Positions 37,561-51,149 of a stretch of 64,000 nucleotides of DNA are shown one piece after another. The notes under the pieces were generated by a model. The model was given only the letters and a program-made list of their open reading frames with translations. It was not told where the DNA came from and made no database searches. Position numbers and translations under genes: made by a program. The stretch covers positions 585,075 to 649,074 of the forward strand of contig NMRA01000021.1 of assembly GCA_002633005.1 (NCBI GenBank). Reading direction: 5' to 3'. The DNA comes from Phoronis australis. Taxonomy: Eukaryota > Animalia > Phoronida. Each line of letters starts with the position of its first letter. Positions within the stretch are counted from its first letter, which is position 1.

Positions 37561-38789
37561 ATGAATCCCAAGCGTTAAGTGATAGAGTTATTAAAACATA
37601 TTTAAATGGTTAACACTCTAGATTTGACTTCAGCGCCTTGTGACCAATTTACTAAAATAAAACGGATTTTACTGGTTTATTGATCTGGTCGAAGCAAATA
37701 GCTTCAAAGGATTTATTCCATCAAACAGTAATTCAAAACTGGAGATTTCAGCAGTGAAACCGATTTTGTCCCTTCAAAGAAAAATACATCAATGAAAAAA
37801 ATTTGAATGACTCAAGATATAGAAAAAGTATTCCGAGAGCCCTTCTTTGATTTGCTGAGTTATACCAGGCAAAGACGAAAACGGAAATCATCAAAATTAC
37901 ACAAAACTAAACGATAAATTAAGATTATGTCCGACCACTGTATTCACTGATGAAATGTTTTGAAGTTGCATTATATTTCATCTTGTCTGCCACCCATCCA
38001 AAGGATGTCAGTCAACAAGAGCGATCTGTTTACCAGTAAATAATAAAGGAAAACTACCTTTAACTATACTTACCAACAGCACAAAACAGCGCCAAAAAAC
38101 ACCTTTTCAATCCCAATAGAAACTTCGTCATTTTATCAGAATAAAAATTGGCCAACATGTATAGTCTGCTGCAACTTCTAGATCCCAAGCAAGGAACGTG
38201 AATACTTCATTTGGTTCTTGTTCCCCAATACATTTCGCATTTTGGGCCGCCGATCGATTTAAACGACAATGGGTTCGTTCGTGCAACACATTTGCTAGTT
38301 GTCGCAGAGTGGTGATCAGAATTGAAAAAAATTATTAATTAAAACAAATTAGAACTTATTGACAACGGATATTCACCGAACGCTGGACATGATAAATTGT
38401 TTACTGCAACCAACAAAAACGATCGTAAAATCAACAATAGTCGTTATTAACAAGAGATTCTAGCCATATATATAAAACATCAAATGTGTGATTAAAATTG
38501 AATAGCCGCTTTAAACGAGCGTGGGGAGAATTCTCATCGCAAATAGAATCATGCGATATCCGCTCAATATTTAGTTCCACGCAACCCTCGTGGGGAATGT
38601 GAATACAATGGTGAGAACTATGGATCCACCCAAGCGCTCTGGTAGGTACATGGTCACTCAGGATTGAGACTGATGTATCGTGGACCGTTTGGAAGAAAGT
38701 GTCGAGCGAGACTTTGCTGGCCCCTTGACCTCAACAAGTGATCATGATTCGGAAGGCTCCAGTAATCGCAAATTGTTTCATTTGTTGGC

Positions 38790-39600
38790 ATTGACGAAGA
38801 TCCAGGAAGAAAGGATGTAATTGAGCTTACGAAAAACAAACACTGTATTTTGAATGGTAGGATAGACAAGGCAAAAAATAATTATACATCAGTGACTCAC
38901 AAAGGTCGAGCTGTTGCGGATTACTTTATAATGCCTCACCTGTCACTACAAAGCTGCAAAACTGACCAGGTTATAACCTGTACAGAAATGATCAACCAGC
39001 TTAACTTGCAAAAACTTTTTATCCGAAGTTTAGGACCACAGTGTACTTATTTCAGATTTACGAATTCATATTCTAATTGTGCGTTGTAGCAGGGAATTTG
39101 GAACTAGGACCAATGCTATGAAATCAGATGAATTTTCACTAAAAAGTCGAGAATAATGTGAATTTGGCCAAGCTGTGAGAGGCTATTGAGCAATTTAACA
39201 ATCCGGCGAACTTGCACAATGACATTGACGATTCATGTGATAAAATGTGCAACCTGATTCACAAAGAGATGTCAATTTTTGAAATGAAATTTGAACTGAA
39301 AGAACTAAAAACTAAAACGTGTTTCAGGGTTACAAGCCACTTTGATTCGACGAGTTACATTTGTGAAATTCCATGGCTGATAAAGAAACATTTACCTAAA
39401 GAAAAAAACGGAAGAAAGCGTAAAAATTTTCATTCCAATTACATAAAGGCCCGTTTTGAATTTGATAAGAATTATAGAACTGAATTTCATAGAGAAAAGT
39501 TAGGTCCACGAGGGAAATCATACACAAAAGATTTGCAAACTCTCTTGAAAGAGCACAATTTGGGCCCAAAAGCCGGCGGAAAAACATACTACTAAATATT
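38790..39600 (+). mobile_element. Decayed LINE ORF2 (APE endonuclease C-terminal part and linker)
   Basis: CILNGRIDKAKNNYTSVTHKGRAVADYF resembles the LNGR..N(Y/F)T...G.SVVDY motif. Multiple stops and frameshifts follow. Confidence 0.65.
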
Positions 39601-41509
39601 CCAGCTGAGAGGAGAGAGGCAAACTTTTCTGAACTTAAAATATTGCAAGAACTTTTTAAAAATGGTCAGATTCGCTATTTTTGAAACACAGATGAAATAA
39701 ACAAATCTTTTACCCCAATACAGTTTTCAAATTCTCTGCCCCTCAAAATACATATGCGAGTGTGCGTTCAAAGAAGTCGTCTGGCTGCTGCTTACAATCG
39801 CCCTTTATTTACATCAAAGACCAAAGGTCACGTTTTCCGTGTAAAGAAAATATGCTAGGTCTAAGTCTTGACATACCAAATAAGGAGGCGTGCTTTGCCA
39901 TGTGGTAAAAAATCGACGAAGTGACGAGCAGTTGAAAGTTTTTGTTTTGAAATTTAAAACTAAAGGAAAATGCTTTGACAGCAAGAGAAATTCGCTGAAT
40001 CAATGTGTGCTCTTTTGACCGTCATCAGCAAACTGAGTGCACGTTGAGTGTCCACAATGTTAAGCAAACTTTAGCTTTCGAAGACCATTTTAACTCTTTT
40101 TCAGTCTCAACCAGTAAACATCTTCAACAGAGTTGAGTCACAAGACGAGGCATGGGTCTATTACTTTGATCTTGAATCAAAAGTCCAAGCCAAACACGCT
40201 GTTATTCTAAGTCCCGAAATGTTCAAGTTCGGAGCCTCTGTTGGCAAAATGGTTGATTTTGGGTCTTCGGATAGCGAAGGAAAACTTGCCGTCGCTTCCC
40301 AGCCGCACGGCCACCACCGGGCAGCTCGGACCCTGCCTCCCGGCTTCGCTCCTTGGCCGCGTGGCCGCCTAACCGTCATCCTGGCCAAGGCGCGCTTAAG
40401 TCTGAGTGGCCGTTGGCTCTAAAATTCGCCGGCCTCAAGTTGGCCCGGCCGCCTCACCCACCATGAGTCGTACTCGTTTGCCGTGAGCCACGCAGCCGCC
40501 TTTGCTGGCAGCTTGACCCAGCCCGCCTTTACCCACCGCGGTGGAGTCGTCGTTGGCACTGGCCGCGCAGTCGGCTTCGCTGGTACCTTGGCCCTGCATG
40601 TCTGACGTACTCTGAGTGGTCTACGGACCTCAGCCGAGCAGCTGACTTCACCGGCAGCTTGACGCGGCCCTCCTGACGTATTCTGAGGGATCATCTGTCC
40701 TTCGCCTTGCAGCCAACTTCATCGCCAGCTTTTTCTGACCCAGCCCGCCTCCACCGTGGGACTTTGCCGGCAACTTGGCTAGCTGCCCGCCTTCGTCGTC
40801 TTCCTTGGCTGCGTTGATGATATATGGTACGATGTAAAGTGAAAAGTAGCATCTTAAGTCGTCGATTTAAAAGACAGATTTTGTTTCGCGAGTTAAACCC
40901 GCCGAAACGGCCTGAGCCTGCACCACCGCAGTTCTCGATTTCGGGCCGGCAACCGCGGGGTACAAATCTTCGAATCGGCCCTCCACCAACCTGGGGGCAA
41001 TTGATACGTGACTATGCAGTCCCCGACTTCCGCTATTACGGATGATATGCAGGGACCAAGGGGGCACCGTACAGCGCCTCGCCCCGCGCGCCAGTGCAGA
41101 GCCCAACTTTACCACGGCGGACCACGACGACGTTTCGCCGAACGTACACTGTATAGAGCCGACCTCGACTCCGGCCAAGACGGAAACCTGGCACTCGACC
41201 CCGCTACGTTACGTCTTGTTATATTTTCAAAGCTCATTGAGAAAGCGACACAGGTGTCTAATAAACGATACATTTCTGGGGACTTAGAAATTTTCGCACA
41301 TACGTAGCTACAAATCTGCAGGGGGGCTGCAGCGCTTCAGTCCCGACAGCGCAAAGCTTACACAAGCAGGCGTTTCGTCGAGCGCAGAGTCGGTGGCGAC
41401 CCCGGCCTCAGTGGCACACAATCCCGCTACATTTGCTTACCTTTGTTATATTTTCAAAGCACCTTTGCGACACATTTCTGGATTCAATTCAAGGTTTCTG
41501 AAAGGGACA

Positions 41510-42940
41510 CAAACATGTGGTGAATTTCTCGCTTACACTGGTCATCGCTCTGATTCCCTAAACCCCAGACAACTTTTATTATGCCTATCCAGCATGCCCT
41601 TTGTATTGATGTAGATCTAAGCTCATGAAGTGGAAAGGTAATCGCTAGCACTACTGTCTTAACCATGGTGGTCGTTATTTCACCCAAATTGTTTTTCTCT
41701 GGCATTTGCACAGAGTTAAACCTTGCAATATGGAGAGCAGTTTTAACTTGGTACATTTTAAATATTAGAAAAAGACTAAAAAGTTAATTGGTGTTGATCT
41801 TGACAAAGGGCCACTTCCTAATGGAACGTTGGTTTTAAATATGTTTCATACCCGTTTTCATTACTTTATTTTAATACTCCTGTCTACTTGTTTTTTTTTC
41901 TTACCGGTTAGGGTTGCTATCTTTTTATTTTGTGATTAATTGAAGTATCAAAACAACTTAGAAGTCAGTTAATTGTGAACCCATCCCTGAATTTTCCCGA
42001 TTACAGCTTCACCAAAGATGTCACAGCGAACAAGTACACGTGATATTAGTTCAAGTTCAATCTTTATTAAAACTCAAATCATAAAATATATACAAACGTG
42101 CAAACACGGTGATAGCCAAACTGAAAATTTTAACCTCTGGAAAAATTTTGGTTGTAGTAACTACATAACTATTCTAGCTTTTCCTAAGTCATAAGAATTA
42201 AATCACAGCTCATGCCCACCGACCATCCTCATCCATTGCTTGCACTCTCTCGTTGACTGCAAAGGTAGCCATCTTAGTTCCCCTCACAGGCGTTCCATTA
42301 CAACTACTATCGAAATTTGCGCATTTCCGCGAATAGCAGTTTTCCGGTTAGTGTAATACTCCTGGAGTAAATTGGTAGCCTTCGGAATGCACTGGGCCAT
42401 AGGCGATGTTTTAAAACTTATTGACATCTAATAGAGTCTCTGTGTGTTGTTTATAGCTGTTTCAATGTAGCCTAGTTGTATATTAAAAGAATAATCCACG
42501 TTATATTGTTAACCATGATCAGCGTTTGTAAATCACCGACTATATCAATACGCACAGTCATTTATCTTCAATCGTACCCAATATTTGTAGTTTTTAGCTT
42601 GATAATTCATCGATTTTTAAAAATCGAAAACCACACTTGGTTGTTTATTCTATCTGAATGCAGCTGTGGTGTTTGTTTTTAACGAAAACTGTTGGTTAAT
42701 GCGTTTTGAAAATTGGCCAGTATGTACATGTACAGGCAGAGGTGTTTACTACAGTTAAAGGTCGGGTAATATACAGTTGGGTATGCTCGCTTCGGACAAT
42801 GCGATCATCGCAACTGAGTCCGACTCTGGCGCTGCGCTCTCTTTGATCCCGGTAAAAGCCGTTCAAAAGGACGTGTGGTAAAAAGTCACGCATATCTTTA
42901 GAAATGTGTGACTCGTGTAAGCGTATTATTCACGGCATGA
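41510..42940. repeat. Diverged copy of 26495-27940
   Basis: Co-linear similarity ending in ttcacggcatg. Confidence 0.8.
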
Positions 42941-43346
42941 AAGTCTCTAAGAGACTTTCCACCTCACATTTTCTTTGTTTCTGAGGTTTCAGTTAGGTAA
43001 TATGAAATGAATATAATAAAATCGAACAAAATAAGCGATTTTTATGCCAAGTACTCGCGAATTTTGCAATTTTGAAGAAAGTTAGTTTTTTCCACTAAGT
43101 TTCACGTCAAATGATGTAATGGGTGGAACACGTCTGGTCACATGACAATACAATGGTGGAACACAGAAGGTAAGAAGTCGAGGACGATTTTGAGCGAGAA
43201 CTGGACAATTATTATGCAGACAGAGAGAAGAGTGGACACGGGCATCACACCCAATTATATACTTGAGGAATCAGACAATGAATCGACGGAACTTATTCGT
43301 TCGTCGGCTTTGAGGCCCATAGTGAACTCGACCGACTTGCCAACTC

Positions 43347-43979
43347 AATAGGATTTCCAAGAGGAATTCCTATAGGATTTCCTATTGGATCCTATAGGAA
43401 ATCCAATAGGATCCTACAAGAATCCTTTATGATAGGAAACCCTATATGAATTCTTATAAGACTTTAAGATATAGTAAGCAGTTCAATAAGATTTTATAGG
43501 AAGTTCAATAGGATTCTATAATAGTAAATTTAGCATCCTATAGGAAGTTCAGTAGGATTCTATAGGAAGTTCGTGTAGAATTCTACTGAACTTCTTATGG
43601 AATCCTATTGAATTTCAATGGGATTCTAAGGGGAGTTTAATAGAATTCTACATGAAGTTTAATAGGAACCTAAAGGAAGTTCAATAGGATCGTATAGGAT
43701 TTTCTACTGGATCCTATAGCATCTCCTATAGGATTTCCTATAGGATCCTATAGAAATCCTTTAGGATATCCCATAGGAAGTCCTATAGGAATTCTTATAA
43801 ATCTTTAAGAAATCCAATACGCAATTGATTAGGATTTTATAGGAAGTTCAATAGGAATGTATGGAGCAATTAACAAACATGTATTAAGACTCGCCTGATT
43901 ATTAAAATTTAGGAATTCCTATAGGAAATCTTGATCCTATAGGAATCCTATAGGATCCTATTGTACATTTTCGTATGGG
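43347..43979. mobile_element. Array of ~11-bp ATAGGATTCCT-like quasi-palindromic repeats ending ...ttttcgtatggg (subterminal array of a CCC-ended, EnSpm/CMC-like element)
   Basis: Dozens of ataggattcc/cctatagga motifs. The superfamily call is inferred. Confidence 0.55.
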
Positions 43980-43983
43980 ACAC

Positions 43984-45959
43984 TTAAAGTGCCCCAGCGG
44001 CGAGAAATGCTGCAGACATATGTCAGCCACAGCCAACTGAACCAAGGGGTGGTCAATAATCAAAACTGGGTCACTGATCGTATTCATTATTGCCATGGAA
44101 TGAGCACGGCACGGCTCTTAACATAATCCCTGTACGCCAGCCCGCAGTCGCACTCGATCTGGGCCGAGGTCGAGGGCCTGGCATCTCTCGCCCCAGAATG
44201 GAAGCAGGTTCCAAAAATTTGCAACTACACTTTCAATGTGGCGAGTCCTTCATCGTAACGTCGCTTTTGTGTTTGTTAAAAACATGATCCTTGAAATGTG
44301 CCGCACAATTAAAGGAGAATGCCATGCGATTTAATTAGTCTTTTTTGCCGTCTTAATCGGTCTATATCCACATCGCCTCGCATGCGGTCGACCTTACCTT
44401 GCCAAGAGGTGTCGCGTTAACCTGTGAGGAAGGTGAGAAACGACGCTAGCGACGTCAATGGTTCATATGCAGAGTGAATGCCGCTATGTTGCGGTGCATT
44501 GTTCCCGCTTGTCCGAACTAAGCAGCTGCGAGAAAAGCGGGTATATCGTTTTTTTACTTCCTCGAGAGTCCGAAATGCTTAGAAAGTGGCTCGTGGTAGT
44601 GAAGAATGAAATGTACGCTGTAAATAGCAAGTATGAGGCCGAGAAACATCTCCGTGTCTGCGGCCTGCAGACGTCGACGGACAGTGCCTGACGAATGCCG
44701 GCTTACCAAATAACTCCATACGTTCCGTTGTCTGAGCTTGTTCACGGCGCCTCTCTAGTATTTCTTCATCATTGTATTCCTGTTCGACGATAGCCTGTAA
44801 AACTTAACGATCTACCTGCGAAGTCGGGACTGATGAGCTCTAGCTCGTCCTAAGTCGGGATTGCGAGTGGGCCATGTTGGCGTTTATTACTGAGCGTTCT
44901 GTTTCAAAATGAATTATTCTCACCCTAACCAATACTTAAATAAAACTGAAACGAAGTCTGTCTCATTAGACGCAATTTGTAATGTCTTTGGAGAGTTCGT
45001 AAGTGCAAATGATTTTAGAAGCCAGCAATGAATAAATCACTGCGTTACCGGATTTAGGTGCAAGTAAAACTAATTGACGGGACACCTAGGCCGTGTGAGC
45101 TCATTCTAATTTAGTGTTTGCTGGCAGAAACTGTTGTGAAACAACTCGATTTCCATCTCACGGCCAGGCGTTAGGGGAATTTATTTACATTTACATTATT
45201 AAAATAATGATTGTCAATGTACAACTTTTGCCCTGACGGTGCTGTGGCCAAAGCGGAACCTGAATTCGCGGCCCCCGACGAGTAAGTAGTTTTGCAGTTT
45301 CGTGGCTAATTCACCAAAATAATCAGGTGCACATTACTTTGGCTCACTAGTATAGTATTTTTTGACTGTAAGTTTAGTTTCCACTGAACTTTGGCTGGTT
45401 CATGTTCGTGATATCTGATCAGTTTCCGAGCCACTGGCGGGTGAGGATAACGAGTCAATCCGGCCGGCCGCGACGGGCCTGATCGGGCTTCGAGCCACTG
45501 GCCAGGATAACAAGCGTTTTATGTTTAGAACTCAAAAAATCACAAGTCTGAACAACACAGGTCTAGGTTCTCCTGTCTGTATCTCACGGAAAATACTTCG
45601 AAATTATCTCCGAACAGACCCCAAACTTTTGCTACGCACCTTATTGGCCTGCCGAACTTTGTAGGCTACGGTGTGTCCAAATACCTATAAATCTGTAAGA
45701 GCGAAATAAAACAACACGTTTTTATAAGAACTCGGTGTATTTTTAAGGGTTTTACATCGAAGTTTGATGATTTATTGGTGTTTAACGATGACTTCAAGCG
45801 ATAAGCTGATACCAGTAACCCGTGTTGTGGACTGCTGAACAGACTGCGTGTGAAACCGATGAAGTCATTGGATAATTTCAACACCTCCGTCTGCCGTCAG
45901 GTGTCAGGTAACTCAACCGTACTAAATTATGTTGTTTTTGGGGTGGCATGCTCCTTTAA
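43984..45959 (+). mobile_element. Kolobok-like element flanked by TTAA, carrying a decayed THAP domain
   Basis: TTAA|agtgcc at 43984 and catgctcct|TTAA at 45959. ORF 44458-44691 (CRYVAVHCS...VFLLPRESEMLRKWLVVVKN...HLRVCGL) is a THAP zinc-finger relic lacking the final His. The left boundary is uncertain. Confidence 0.55.
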
Positions 45960-47324
45960 GTGGGGCATTCCGCACTCTCATGCAGCGCACAAACCGCAAC
46001 TTTGATGTATTAAGGAAATTTGACAAAGAGACGTTCTCAGTCAAGTTGCTGTTATACAGCCTCAACAAACGCACCTTTTCATGTCTAAAAAGGCCGCCTC
46101 TACGCGGACTTTCCTCAGTACTGGGCGAAGACGTTCTTCCACCCATTAGTACAACCCCCATAAAAGAATTTTGTTTTTAATTTTTGGGTTGTGTCTTAGC
46201 AACATGTATACTAAAGACTATTGAATCTCACTCTTAAGATGTATTAATAAAATTCTTTTTGAGACACAGCTAGGGTGGCATGGCTACATTTTATTTTTAA
46301 CTTGGATACGTCAGTCATGACGTGCATGCGAATCAGGGAAAGCAATCAATCCAGTTTTGGAGAACAAAAATTCATTACTCAATACTACTACAAACTTAAA
46401 ACACCAAGGAACTGCGAAGACAACCTTTCCAAGAAATGAGTTTAATTTTATTTTTTCAAGAGTTTTTAAAACGTTTTTTCTATCTACGGTTTGTGTGTAC
46501 GAATTTCATCAATGTCTTTGAGAGTTATTTTAGATATGAAAAAATCGTCTGAGTGTACTTTACTATTTGGGGATCGGATTTTAGAGTTTTTCCAACTTCA
46601 GGCAGCAATTTAATTCTGCTCACTGAATTATCACCAATTCTTACAAGATTAGCTTTTGATTATCAAAAATCATCCATGACTATCGATATTCGTAGATACA
46701 TAAACAAGTAAATCAGAAATCAACGAATTTGGTAATCAAATAGGAATGTTATGCGCAATTTCCGCATGCAAGCTCACACTTTTGACAGGTAATCGGGGGA
46801 ATATGGCAGATGGGATATTTGTACTAAGGTGTATTTTCAGAGGTTCCTATAACGGTTCAAGATGTAAACTTGAACTCCACTGACAAAAAAAACCGTTGAA
46901 ATCTTTGTTTATGATTGTGAGAGTTCCTTGAGTACCCCTTTTGACATGTACACGATCATTAGAAATAGTAGCCTAGACAGCAGTGTCTTCCACAAGTGAG
47001 AATGCCTTACAAACAACTCATAGTAACCATCTTCAAAAGAGATACTATTCTTGTGATACTACGGGAAACAGTTATTTTATAACTAACCATCGGAAATAGT
47101 CCTTTTGTGTAATTCATAAGTAATGGTCTTCAGGTTCTTCAAAATCCCACCCTTTCGATAGCGGCAATCCTACTGTATTTTGTCAAAATTTTGGTTGTTT
47201 AGGTCGAATGGCTGTGCTGTGCAAGAATGTTTTGTGTTTTTTTGATGAATTTTGACTCTCAACCTCCCTCTTGAATACTTGGCAGTGTCGTATTTACATA
47301 CAGGGGTTAGTGCCCTATTCTGTT

Positions 47325-47485
47325 ATGGTTATGGCCATGGAATTAGAATGTCTATATATGTAGCACGCTATTCTATATTGATGGCCATGACCATGGATAT
47401 AGAGTGTCTATAATATATATTTAGTGCACTATTCTATATTATGGTCATGACCACGGATTTAGATTGTCTATATTTATGTAGCGAG
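47325..47485. repeat. ~55-bp degenerate minisatellite x3
   Basis: tattctatatt..atggccatgaccatgga..tagagtgtctata repeated three times. Confidence 0.7.
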
Positions 47486-48244
47486 TTACGTAAATTAGTA
47501 TAACCAAAAAATAGGAAATAGAGCCCGTACTTCGTCTAACACGTGGGTGAGACGAACTCTTTATAGAATATTTGTTCTTTTTGGATTTGATATGTGTTAC
47601 ACCTTGAAGCTTGTAATGCACCAAGGCCAGTCAATGAATGTATATTGTGTTTATTGAAATAGCTTTAGGCAATCATTAGTTTTAGAAGAATTATTGAAGT
47701 TTGACTTGTGACAATATTGCGTAGCGTTTTAAGACACATGTTCATATTGACGTCATTCAGCATTTAATTCTAAAATTCAATGCGCCAACTCCACGGATAC
47801 TTGTCAAGTTTGATATATGTAACCCCCTCTTGTTGCAACACCTAACTACATATGGTTTCTAGAACGTTCTAATGTTTCAATCCATGTTTAGCAACTATAG
47901 GAGACGAAACGTGCTATAATTACAGAAATTCATAAGCAGTAATAGAATGGCTGCAAGACGGGATTGAACTGGAACCCTCTGGTACAACACTTCGGGGCGG
48001 CAGGTGGCACCAGTGAATTATTGATTAAAATGCGTTTGCCTGACTTACTTGAATGAATCTATGTAATATTTATGATGCTAAAATGTTTAGTGCCGATCAC
48101 CACGAATTGTTGTGTCGCCTCTCCCTCCCCCCTCCTTCCCTCCGGAAAGGGTTCCGCACGAGACAAATCTCCATTTCTCCATCATAGCTACATGTACGCC
48201 CCTCAAGATGTACACAGAAGTCCGTGCCCTGACTTTTGCATACT

Positions 48245-48790
48245 TCTGTATGCATTATACATTGCTCCTTGCTAGTTCAAAGGCTTAGTTTTGTCCCTTA
48301 TATTTACCGTCAATCTTAAAGAAGTTGTACGTAACAAAATAGACGCTGTACTGTTCATCTTCTTCACTGTCTTACTCACATTTTCAAAACATAGAATAAG
48401 TAGTGCTTGTGTAAAAATCTTACACCTCCATTTTGGTTGATATGAATTTTGATGAGACTGATCATCGTTCAAATATATCAGTTTGATCATCGTTTGCAGC
48501 ATTATTCGTAGAATCGTTTTTGGTCAGGGACAAGAATTCGTATAAATTACTAGGGCTGGTGAAAAAACTTAGATCTTATATTACACCATTCGTTAATATT
48601 AATTCTTATCAACATCTTATAACATGTCACACCATTCTTAGAAACAGTGGAAATTAATCCTTTTAAAAGAATCATTTGTAATAAATTTAATGGACCATAA
48701 TTGATTGTGTACACCTGTCGTGCACGCGCAGATATAGTGCCTGTGTACACTTGTCCTGCACGCGCAGGTATACATGTATATAGAGGGACA
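48245..48790. repeat. Segment duplicated at 62915-63490, including a 36-bp tandem repeat
   Basis: Co-linear match from ctgtatgcattatacattg to tatacatg..tatagaggg. The unit gtgtacacctgtcgtgcacgcgcagatatagtgcct occurs x2 here and x3 in the copy. Confidence 0.9.
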
Positions 48791-49599
48791 AAGGGACATT
48801 TACCCCGAACTGCTCCACCGAGAGAGGGCACCGTCTGAAATGGGACACCATAAGATGAAAGGCTAAACATCATTAAGCTTGGAAAAAAGTGACAGTGGTG
48901 TGGTCCCAAAACGATGCAGGGAGTTACTTCCTTCAATATGAGAGCACGATTTTACAATAAACAGGAAAATAGAGGTAATCGATTCCAACATTGGGCCCTC
49001 TCTCCGTGAGCGGTCCCGTAAGAACTTGTCTATAAAACACAAAAAGGTGGCCACTTGAATGTCATCACTGGCCTCCTTCAAGGGCGATCTCCCTAAATAT
49101 GAAAATACATGTATTTCCAAATATCAGGAAATGCGCAGCGACTGATATTATCTGTCAGGTCATCAATTTTTCTCAAGTGATATACAGTTTCGAGAAAAAA
49201 ATAAAGCGAAAGTTGTCTCCGTTATCCCTTGTCAGAGAGGGGCCTCTGGAAAAATACAGTTTTGCATTCGCAAAATTGACATATTGAATTTAGAGATCCA
49301 GTAAATTAGTACGCTCCGCAAAAGCTTCGCTTTACAAAACGATTTTTCGAAATATATGTGCGCGTTTAGACGACCTGTGCTGCAAAAGCGAAGATCATAA
49401 CGACAGTTTCCTGGCCAGGGTCCTTAAAATGTAAACCATGCAGTGATGCAGATTTGCTAAATGTTCTGTTGAATTTTCTCTTTTTCGCAGTCTTTCTTTT
49501 CTCGACTGCCCCCGGCACTATGTCGGTTGCCACGGTTTAACCCATAATGAAATTTTTGGGGGGCTTGTGCCCCCCGTCCCCCCGCTTCCTACGGCCCTG

Positions 49600-49740
49600 G
49601 TTCGTCAAATCGACGTTGCAGATCAAGGAAAAAACATTCTTTCCTAAAACAGCCGCGGACTGGAATAGCTTGCCGGGCTATATTACATCGACCCCATCTC
49701 ATGACATTTTTGTCATCAAGTCTGAAGAGTGAAGTAACAT
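49600..49740 (+). mobile_element. 3' tip of a CR1/L2-group LINE ORF2
   Basis: TFFPKTAADWNSLP resembles the SFFPRT..(D/E)WNSLP C-terminal motif. Confidence 0.65.
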
Positions 49741-50370
49741 AGTGTATTCGGGTGCCTCCATCTGGGCATCCGCTTACTGTCAGTGCACTTAACGACCTAG
49801 CCGTATTTCGATCTCTGAGGTGACGTCCACTCTATTTTTAAACACGTTATAGTTGTTTTAGTCTTCAATTGTTATGCATTGAAATAATACTCTGGAGAGA
49901 GTATGGTCACTTGAACCAATTCAGACCAAGAAGAAAAGCTGTTAACGCCTACTCAATACATGTCGCATTTCCACATTGTCTGGATCGACAGGAGAAATAA
50001 TAATTGGCATATCGTTCCACCAATGACTAAGCCATTATGGACTTCCCAAGTGCATGGATGTGTAGCTGAGCTGCCGCTGTCCTGACGCCAATATTTGTCG
50101 GTCTATGACACAAATCTGATCACCAATATCTGCCTAATTATCCCGTCGCTTGAGTCCTAGTGTCGATAGCAGACGACGAAGAACTAAATTGATACCACTA
50201 AAAGCGATACCTACGGAAGCTCAATAGTGCCATTTTGAAGTGAAGAAAAGTGGCCACCAGATAATTAAGTGGCGGCCGACACATAATTATCAGGCGACCT
50301 CCACGTACTTACATTTATCTTCCGCCTTCACTTATTATCAGGCTGCCGCCAGATATCTGGCTAATTGTCG

Positions 50371-51055
50371 TTAAAGGAGCATGCCACCCAAAAAACAACC
50401 CAATTTGTATCAATTTAGATCGAGTAGTTCTACTCCATAACGACACGTACGGTTGCGTCACCTGACACCTGACGGCAGACGGAGGTGTTGAAATTATCCA
50501 ATGACGTCATCGGCTTCACACGCAGTCTGTTCAGCAGTTCACAACACTGGTTACTGGTGTCGGCTTATGGTTTGAAGTCATCGTTTAACACCAATAAATC
50601 ATCAAACTTCACTGTAAAGCCCTTAAAAATACACCGAGTTCTTTTAAAAACGTGTTGTTTTATTTCGCTCTTACGAATCTATTGGTATTTGGACACACCG
50701 TAGCCTACAAAGTTCGGCATGCAGGCCAATAAGGTCTGTAGCAGGAGTTTGGGGTCCGTTCGGAGATAATTTCGAAGTATTTTCCGTGAGATACAGACAG
50801 GAGAACCTAGATCTGTGTTGTTTAGACTTGTGATTTTTTGAGTTCTAAACACAAAACGCTTGTTATCCTGGCCAGTGGCTCGGAGCCTGATCACTGAGGC
50901 CCGTCCCGGCCGGCCGGGATCATGTTGACTCGTCAGTCATCGATCCCGGCCAGTGGCTCGGAAACTGATCAGACATCACGAACATAAACCAGTCAAAGTT
51001 CAGTGGAAACCAGTCAAGAAAATACTATATTAGTGAGCCAAAGTACATGTAATGT
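50371..51055 (-). mobile_element. Second, inverted copy of the terminal ~650 bp of the Kolobok-like element
   Basis: Starts TTAA|aggagcatgccaccc. It is the reverse complement of about 45335-45959. Duplicated spurious ORFs 45666-45884 and 50485-50703 confirm the match. Confidence 0.8.
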
Positions 51056-51149
51056 GCTTAAACGTAGAATTCTGAAGAAAATAATTGTTAAAGTGTTCAA
51101 TAAAGTCTCAAGATAAGAAAAAAGTTGTGCTTACAACATATTTTAACCC

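Larger units (their letters stand above)
28500..38724. repeat. Segmental duplicate, copy 1 (matches 52557-62751)
   Basis: Continuous co-linear high identity from cacgtccgccatcttgg to gctggccc, with several indels. Confidence 0.95.

Noticed and set aside
47945-47985. tRNA or SINE B-box-like sequence on the minus strand (similar at about 10860)
   Set aside because: No A-box or cloverleaf could be built.
48860-49290. Possible LINE reverse-transcriptase relic (FIDKFLRDRS.., EVTPCIVLGP) on the minus strand
   Set aside because: Too decayed to call by eye. It needs a frameshift-aware HMM search.
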